In this document: one piece after another, positions 39,956 through 46,728 of the stretch | Layout: each line of letters starts with the position of its first letter | Position numbering within the stretch: the first letter of the stretch is position 1 | NCBI GenBank assembly: GCA_013416795.1 | Contig: RQSC01001147.1 | Location: 36,481 to 83,208 of the forward strand | From: Prasinococcaceae sp. CCMP 1430 | Lineage: Eukaryota; Plantae; Prasinodermophyta | Length of the DNA stretch: 46,728 nt | Direction: 5' to 3' | Notes under the pieces: model-generated | What the model saw: the letters and a program-made list of their open reading frames with translations, nothing else | Told to the model about the DNA's origin: nothing | The model's database searches: none | Translations under genes and position numbers: made by a program

Positions 39956-42034
39956 ATGGGCGCTTCGGTGAGCTGCGCAAGTGGCAGACTCAGCATGGTC
40001 GATATGACAGGTTGCGCGAGTGGGCTCAATGCCAAGTTGCGCCGCAAGCGCGGCGGCGTGTACTCGCCAGAGTCGCCAGCCTCGCCGGCGAGCCCGTTCA
40101 GCCCGGCGAGCTTCAGCAGCGGCTCCCTGAGCCCTTCGATGAAGCGCGCCCAGGGCCGCTCCCCGAGCCGCCTTACGTTGGGGTCCCAGACGCGCCAACG
40201 CCTCACACGAGCGCTGGATGAAAGCTTCGTATTCAGCAGCTTGCCAGCTGAACACAGACAGGCGCTTCTGCAGTGCATGTTCGAGCACAGCGTCGATCAG
40301 GGCGAGGAGGTGATCCGCGAGGGGGAGGATGGCGATCACTTTTACTTGGTAGATAGCGGCGAGCTCGAGGTGCGCGTGAGTGAGGACGACGGCGCGACCC
40401 GTGCTGTTTTCGCGCTCACCTCGGGTTCGTGCCTGGGCGAGCTCGCCACGCTCTACGCGTGCCCGCGCACGTGCTCGGTGGTCGCCAAGACGGCGAGCGT
40501 GCTGTGGGCGCTGGATACGGAAGTCTTCCGCACGTTCGCCATGGATGCAGTTCGAGCCAAGCGCGAGCGCTACGACGACCTGCTACAGCAGGTGCCGCTC
40601 TTTCGCGAGCTTGAGAGCTACGAGCGTGCATTCATCATTGACTCGCTACAAACTGCCGACTTCGGCGCGGGCGAGATAATCGTCACCGAGGGCGACGCGG
40701 GAGACCGCTTTTACCTGCTGGAGCTGGGTGAGGCGGTGGCATCCAAGCAACAGCGGACGGGCGCGCCACTCGAGGTGTCGCGCTACGGCCCCGCGAGTTT
40801 CTTCGGCGAGCTGGGACTGCTGTTGGACCAGCCACGGCAGGCGACCGTCACCGCCGTGCGTCGATGCCGCACAGCGTTCATCGATCGGTCCCGCTTCTCG
40901 CAGCTTCTGGCCGGGGGGAAGCTCAAGGCGCTCATGCTCGCTCAGGCGCGCGAGTACCAGCGCGTCAACGAGGAGAATACCGCGCGCGAGCGCGAGAAGG
41001 AAGGGCGCAAGCGGGAGAAGAAAGAGCGTCGGCGCGCAGCAAAGGACAGGGAGAGCAGGCACAGGGACAAGCGGAAAGACAGGGGCAGGGACGGCGACCA
41101 AGACCATCGCGGTGGCAGCAGCCGCAGCTCATCGCGAAGGGAGACCAGCCGGCCATTGCCGTCCCGGTCTAGCAAGTCGCACTCCAGTCACTCGGGGCGC
41201 GCGTTCGACAAGAGGAAGCGCGTCGGACCGCGCGGCGAGACGCGCCGCCTGCGAATCTCCAATGCTCTTTGCGAATGTGCCGCCTTCAACGGCCTTCGGC
41301 AGGATGAGGTCCTCTCAATCGTCGACAAAACGTACGAGCTGCTACTGCCGCCGGGACACGACGTCATGACGCAAGGCGCACCAGGACACGAGATGTATGT
41401 ACTCGAAGCGGGTGAGCTGGACGTCTTCGAGGAGGACAAGGAAACCGGCGAACGCAGGGCGGTGAACCGCCTCAAGAGCGGCGCCGTGCTGGGCGAAGTC
41501 GCGCTGATAGATCCTGGCAGCGCCCGCGAGGCGACTGTGCGCGCTACCGCCAATGGCGCACGGCTATGGACGCTCGCACACAAGGACTTCTTCGAGATCG
41601 CAGGCGCTCACATCACAGCCAAACGCGTCGTCTACGTGAACTTCCTTTCGAAGGTGCCCATGTTCGACGGCATCGATGAGTGTGCCATGAAGCAGATGGC
41701 GGACGCGATGACGCCCGCGTACTACGCAGACGGCGAGGCCATCGTGCGGCAGGGCGAGGCGGGCGAGGCCTTCTTTGTGCTGGAGCACGGTCAGGCGGTA
41801 GCGACAGTCCTGCCGCCGGGCCAAGACGCGGCGGTCGAAGTGATGCGGTATGACAAAAAGGGGCAGTTCTTCGGCGAGCTCGCGCTGCTGACAGACACCA
41901 CGCGGAAGGCGTCAGTGCACGCTGTGGGCCCCGCAAAGTTCGCGCGCATGGACCGCGCTGCATTCAAGAGGCTCACCGCGCGCATAGCAAGCCTGCGAGA
42001 GATGCTGGAGGGCGCGCAGGCCAACTACGCGTGA
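39956..42034 (+). CDS. Four-cyclic-nucleotide-binding-domain protein, tandem PKA regulatory-subunit-like, no kinase domain (692 aa)
   Basis: Four phosphate-binding cassettes: LGELATLYACPRTCS, FGELGLLLDQPRQAT, LGEVALIDPGSAREAT, FGELALLTDTTRKAS. N-terminal RRKRGGV resembles the RI pseudosubstrate. Confidence 0.8.
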   Translation: MGASVSCASGRLSMVDMTGCASGLNAKLRRKRGGVYSPESPASPASPFSPASFSSGSLSPSMKRAQGRSPSRLTLGSQTRQRLTRALDESFVFSSLPAEHRQALLQCMFEHSVDQGEEVIREGEDGDHFYLVDSGELEVRVSEDDGATRAVFALTSGSCLGELATLYACPRTCSVVAKTASVLWALDTEVFRTFAMDAVRAKRERYDDLLQQVPLFRELESYERAFIIDSLQTADFGAGEIIVTEGDAGDRFYLLELGEAVASKQQRTGAPLEVSRYGPASFFGELGLLLDQPRQATVTAVRRCRTAFIDRSRFSQLLAGGKLKALMLAQAREYQRVNEENTAREREKEGRKREKKERRRAAKDRESRHRDKRKDRGRDGDQDHRGGSSRSSSRRETSRPLPSRSSKSHSSHSGRAFDKRKRVGPRGETRRLRISNALCECAAFNGLRQDEVLSIVDKTYELLLPPGHDVMTQGAPGHEMYVLEAGELDVFEEDKETGERRAVNRLKSGAVLGEVALIDPGSAREATVRATANGARLWTLAHKDFFEIAGAHITAKRVVYVNFLSKVPMFDGIDECAMKQMADAMTPAYYADGEAIVRQGEAGEAFFVLEHGQAVATVLPPGQDAAVEVMRYDKKGQFFGELALLTDTTRKASVHAVGPAKFARMDRAAFKRLTARIASLREMLEGAQANYA

Positions 42035-42307
42035 GGTGTGCGCGCTTGTGTGTGCGGGCGGACGGCCAAGCGGGAGTGGCCCTTGTACGATATCACATTC
42101 GATGTACTCAAATGCGCTTCGAAGCCCACACAGGGCGCGGCTGCGCTGCTGCCACACGGCGCGGTGGGCGCGCGGTGTGGGTGCGCGGGGGAGGTGTGTG
42201 CGTGAGTGTGCGTGGGTGGGGTGGGGGCGGCGAGGGGTGCCGAAGGCGGGCTTCAGGTCGACGTTCCCGCGAGGGCGAGCACGAGGGTCGCGATCGCGAG
42301 CACGACC

Positions 42308-43848
42308 ATGGCGCCGCCGACGCTCGCCATGACGCGCACGACGAAGCCCTCCTTGCGGCGGATCGCCAACTGGATGACGAAGGTCGCGATGAGCGCAGCG
42401 GCGAGGGCGCCCCGGCTGGCGCCGGCGCACAAGGTGTACGTGCCGTCGGCAGAGGAGAGCGCTGCCAAGCGCGCCTTCGCGCGCCTCAGGGCCGCGCGCG
42501 ATGCGCTCGATGCAGCGCGCAGGGCGGCTGCGGCAGCGGCCGACGCGAGCAGAAGGTCACAGGAGCGCGCGGCGAGGGCCGCCGCGGCAGATGCGAAGGC
42601 GGCGGCGCGGGGCGAGGGCGCGGAACAGGCAGGGCGCGGTGTGGCGCACGAAGGCGCTGGAACCGCGAAGGCGGGGGGCGGGGCGGGCGGGGCGAAGGCC
42701 GCGTCGCGGCAGGACTTAGGCGCAGGTGCTCGTGTCGCGCCAGTCCGCGCCCCCGCGCGCACGCAGGAGGAGGCGCGCAAGCACGCGAAGGAGGTGCTTA
42801 TGAAAAAAATGGCGGCCAAGGCGCGCCTGACCAAGGCCGGCGGCAAGGGCGCCTCCGGCGTGGTGGCGGGGAACGCCGCGGCCAACGTTGCCGCGCAGGA
42901 TGTCGCGCAGAGGGTGAGCGCCAAACCGTTGTCCCGGAAACGGCCCGCCGAGGCGGAGGCGGAGCGACAAACCGATGGCGATGCCGCTCAAGATACAGCC
43001 ACGGCCGCCGACGCTGGCGCGGGCGACAAGTCTGCCAAGGGGCCCAAACCGCGGGCGAAGAAGCCGAGGAAGGCCCCGCTCTTCGCAGATGGCAATGCGA
43101 ATGCGGAGAGGGAAAAGAGCGAGCGCCAGGTGTATTTGAGCGGCTTGCCGTCGGGCGTTACGTCAGAAAGGTGCGCTGAGCTGTGCGTGAGCGGGTGTGG
43201 CTTTCAACACACAGGGGCCCTGCGTCCCCTGCTCGTCGCGCGCGAAATGCCATGTTCTAGCACGGCGCGCGCGCGTGTGGGCAGCATGCGACCGCGACTG
43301 CCTGCCTTCCCCGGCACGCGTCCTCTGACGCGAAACGTTTGGCATTGCTCGCACGGCCCCGCCATCATCGCGGGCACGTGCCCTCTCTGCCCGTGCGCAG
43401 CATCGCAAGCGCGATGCGCGTACATGGTGCTGTGAAGCGTGTGTCGCTACAGCGCGAACCCGACCACGCATTCGTCGAGTTCGAGTTCCGCGAGGGTGCC
43501 AAGACCGCCCTCAACACAAGCGCCCAGCAGCCAGTACTGATCAACGGCGCGGTGGTCACCTTGAGGAAGACCGAGGTGCGTGCGAGCGCGCACGCGTGCC
43601 CTCACGTGCGCCTGTGCATCACGCGAAAGAAGCGAACCCCTGAGCTGGCGCACGCGCCCTGACAAGGCCGCCTCGCCCATTGCGTACAGCCCCCTCGCCC
43701 CTCGGTGCAATCGCAGCAGCAGCCCAAGAACGAGCGCGAGATGGCGGCCATCCAGGCAGCCGCTGCCATCAAGGCGGCGCCCGCGAAGCAACCCGCGCCG
43801 GCGAGGGGCCGTGGCCTGGTCTCGTACGACGACGACCTCTTCGGCTGA
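42308..43848 (+). CDS. Single-RRM protein with Ala/Lys-rich N-terminus; exons 42308-43170, 43401-43575, 43717-43848
   Basis: RNP2-like QVYLSGLP and RNP1-like HAFVEF are joined across a GTGCGC..CAG intron. The protein ends RGRGLVSYDDDLFG*. Confidence 0.65.
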
Positions 43849-44287
43849 CGGACCCGTGCGGCGCGCGGACGCGGGACCGCTGCATACAAACCCTCTCATG
43901 TGACAATAGCCCTAATAACGCCAACTATTGCCGACCAAAAAGTTCGTTGAAACCTAAACTCGAGCACGTTCGGTTCCCGAACGTTGGCCCCGTTTGTGCA
44001 CGGAAGAGAGACTTTCCGCAGAATGGTCCGCGCGTGCTTCCGCTGCCACTTCCGTGGATTTTCCAATGACAAAATTTCATGAGTTCGACGGTGTATCTTC
44101 GTCAAATTGGGATCTCCCGCGGGGAAAAACGGAAGGGGCGACAGAAAGCGGGGACGGAGGGAGGCCGCGTTCGAAGGGGGACGGCGGCGGGCGCGCCACA
44201 GCCGCGGGCGCTGCGCGCTGCAGCTGCTGCAGGGGGTGGGGGGCGGATACGGTTTCGCGCGGCGCGGGGGCGGAGGGTGCGGTCGCC

Positions 44288-45895
44288 ATGTCGACGCACG
44301 CTCTATGCGCCCTGGACGCCGCCAGCGGCGCGCCGCTCCTCGCGCGCTCACGAAGATGCACAGCCCCGTGGAGCCGCCGCACAGCACCGAGCGCCACCAG
44401 GCCGCGCTGCTCGGCGCCGTGCAGCGCGCCGCTGCGCACGCGGGCGGGAGCGGGCGCGCGCTGGAGCGCGCGGACTGCGGTGGGGGCAGGGAGGTCGTTA
44501 TGGACCCCGATGCTACCGCGGAGCTCGTCTTCGCTGTGGGGGCCCGTGGCGCCTCGGGCAGCGGCCGGTGCGCATCCGAGCACGCGCTCGCGGAAGCCAA
44601 GCGCCTCGTCGCGGCGCTGCTCGGAGGTGGCGCGCTCGCTGAGGCGCAGAGGCAGGGCAACGGGGGTTCGTTGGCGCGAAAGGCGCTGCGTCGGGTGGCT
44701 GGCGTTGTGGACGGTGCCATCACGCACAGAGGTGACGCTGCCGCAGACGCCTCGGCTGCGGCGCCAGCGCTTCTCGGAGCGCCGCGGATCCGGCTCGCCA
44801 GCGTGGAGGCGGTCGCCTCGGCACGGTGCGTTGTGCGCGGAGGTTCTGCGCCGCTCGCCCGGTGCCTGGCACTCAAAGCATGCAGCAGCATTGCGCATAA
44901 CCTCACTCTAGGCTCGCCAGTGTGCGCGTGCGGAATGCCGCTTCTGACGTCGCCCGTCCCAACACGTTCGCGCGCCGATCCAGGAATCGCTTGGACGCGC
45001 TCGCGGCTCGCGCCGGCGTCCGCCACGCAGCGCTCCTGAATGGTGGCGACCTGGTCGCAGCCACACCTTCCTGGTGGCGGTTGGGCGGCGGTGACCTGAG
45101 CGAACCCGAACTCCTGCAGTCCCTGCTGCGCGGGCTGGCGGCACTGCCGGATGGCGCGGCTGCGCGTGACTTGCCCGTCTTCCTGCCTGCCACGGCGCCG
45201 CATGCGCCATTGCGGCTCTTGGTGATTCGCCTGGCGGGAGAGCTCGAGCTCGCCGCACTCGCAGGCCCCAAGCCCTCGCTCGAAGGACTGCGGGCAGCGG
45301 CGACGGAGGAGCTTGGAGGTGGCAAGGTGCGTGTGCGCGTCCAGCCAGCGCGCGCCCCCATTATGTGCTTTGTAGGCGTGGGTCGTCCACCCCCGAGTGC
45401 GCAGCCTACATGCTTACACGGCGCGCGCGGGGCGCACAGTGGGACTACGCGTCGCTGCTCAAGCGGGGCTGCGGAGTCAACATAGGCACAAGCAAGGGTA
45501 TCCCGCAGAGCGGTGTGTGCTTCGTAGCGCGCGCAGGCGGCTGCGTGGTCGCGCACGCGGGCTCGGGCGCGGGTGACGCCGCCGAGGCAGCTGAGGATGA
45601 GCTGTGGGCATTCGTGCGACGCGCGGCTGCTTTTGGCGCGGGCGATGTGTCCTGTGGCGAGGAGGGCCTGCAAAGCGTCGCGGACCGCCCCAACCTACGC
45701 GTGCGCATGATGGAGTTGCCGACCGAGAGTGCGCAAACGTGCGTGTGCGCGGTGCTCGAGGAGGTCAACGGCGACGGCGTGGCCTTCGTGGCTTTGCCAA
45801 CCCGCGATGCCGCCACAGACGCGGTGCTGGCTGCAGGCACCGAAGCGCTGCGGCAGGCGCGAGCCGCTGCATCTGCCGCTGGCGCTAGGCCGTGA
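44288..45895 (+). CDS. FUZ: Fuzzy planar cell polarity / CPLANE subunit (tri-longin); introns 44826-44911 and 45327-45439; frame break near 44349
   Basis: HALCALDAASGAPLLARS and VAATPSWWRL...ARDLPVFLP...PLRLL...LELAALAGPKPSL closely parallel FUZ motifs (VAATESWWRL, ARDYPVYLP, LELCLLCGP). Confidence 0.8.
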
Positions 45896-46009
45896 AGGTG
45901 CGTAGCATGGAGACGCGTTCTTAATAATGGTGGTCTTTGCGCGCACCACGCAAAATACTGTATATATATATACGAATCCCTTGCCCAGGCAACGTCCAGA
46001 GGAGCGGGC

Positions 46010-46728
46010 TCACGGCCACTCTGTGAACTGGAAAACCTTGAGCACGATCTCCCAGCCGGTAGGCACCTGCCAGAGGAACAGCCCCACGTTGATCGAGTTC
46101 AGCGCGATGTGGGCCGAACGCGCGTTGTCGTTGCCCCTCTGCATGGCGGGCGTGAGCGCAGCAGCCAGGGCCCACAAGATCACGATGGACGCACCCGCGA
46201 AAAGGTGCGGGCCCGGGAAGAGCTTGCCCACGCGCATGTACGTGTTCATGGCGCCCTCGATTCCTAGCAGCACGCCGCCACCGAGCAAGATGGAGCCCGC
46301 GTTGAAGTGACGGTCACGGAAGTTGCCCGACGAGAGCTCCTTGCGCTTGGCCTTGAGCTCGTCCATCTCCTTCGACAGCGACTTGTACTCCGCTGACTCC
46401 TCGTCCTCAGGCATCTTCGCTTTGACCGCCTTGATGTCATCGCCCAGCGTGCGCAGCGAGCGCCACTGCAGGCCGGTGTAGCCGGCCCACAGCGTGAGCC
46501 CGAGCGCGGCGGCCAAGCCGATAGGGTGCACGAGCGCGACGGAGCGGCCGGCGAGGATGCCGTAGTCCTCGCGGCCGGCGGCGTGGGCCACATCGGCGCC
46601 GGCGAACATGTCCACCATCGCGAGGGACATGGCCGCGGCGCCCATGTCGAGCGCCGAGGGCGCGCTCTCCTCCTGCTGCTGCTCCGCCGCCTTTGCCGGC
46701 GCCGCCGCGGCGCGCCGCGCGCGCGCCG
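46010..46728 (-). CDS. DUF4079 family membrane protein, plant/cyanobacterial type; 5' partial
   Basis: LVHP, RDRHFNAGSILL, GKLFPGPHLFAG, ARSAHIALN, QVPTG. Frame is open to the window end. Confidence 0.8.
   Translation of the reverse strand, partial: ARARRAAAAPAKAAEQQQEESAPSALDMGAAAMSLAMVDMFAGADVAHAAGREDYGILAGRSVALVHPIGLAAALGLTLWAGYTGLQWRSLRTLGDDIKAVKAKMPEDEESAEYKSLSKEMDELKAKRKELSSGNFRDRHFNAGSILLGGGVLLGIEGAMNTYMRVGKLFPGPHLFAGASIVILWALAAALTPAMQRGNDNARSAHIALNSINVGLFLWQVPTGWEIVLKVFQFTEWP

Noticed and set aside
7414-45439. Introns as an introner (mobile intron) family
   Set aside because: They share only donor and branch consensus and GC runs; I saw no extended pairwise similarity.

Overview
A eukaryotic, very GC-rich, gene-dense window with short spliceosomal introns (dominant donor GTGCGY, frequent GCTGAC branch points, CAG acceptors). 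Plastid-type genes plus ciliary genes suggest a prasinophyte-grade green alga (inference). About 23 protein-coding genes are supported: DUF493, NSUN2/TRM4, SDS22-like, PABPN1-like RRM, legumain/VPE, LACS, an eRF1-fold protein, SDR, sulfotransferase, a DUF3472 mosaic protein, OHP/HLIP, ESF1, SF3A3, CPBP-like, TPR, ATXN10, SAFE1-like SET, DRG, IFT25, a 4xCNB protein, an RRM protein, FUZ and DUF4079. There are two scaffold gaps. The top finding is a hidden minus-strand tRNA-Arg(UCU) at 1571-1720. Its T-loop is split by two archaeal-style bulge-helix-bulge introns (53/54 and 59/60) around a 6-nt exon, and a replacement B-box sits inside intron 2. Other highlights are an eRF1 paralogue lacking NIKS and GGQ, a kinase-less 4xCNB PKA-R-like protein, five genes that each need the same one-base frame correction near their 5' end, and a Tc1/mariner-type MITE. 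All family assignments come from motif recognition by eye; no searches were run.
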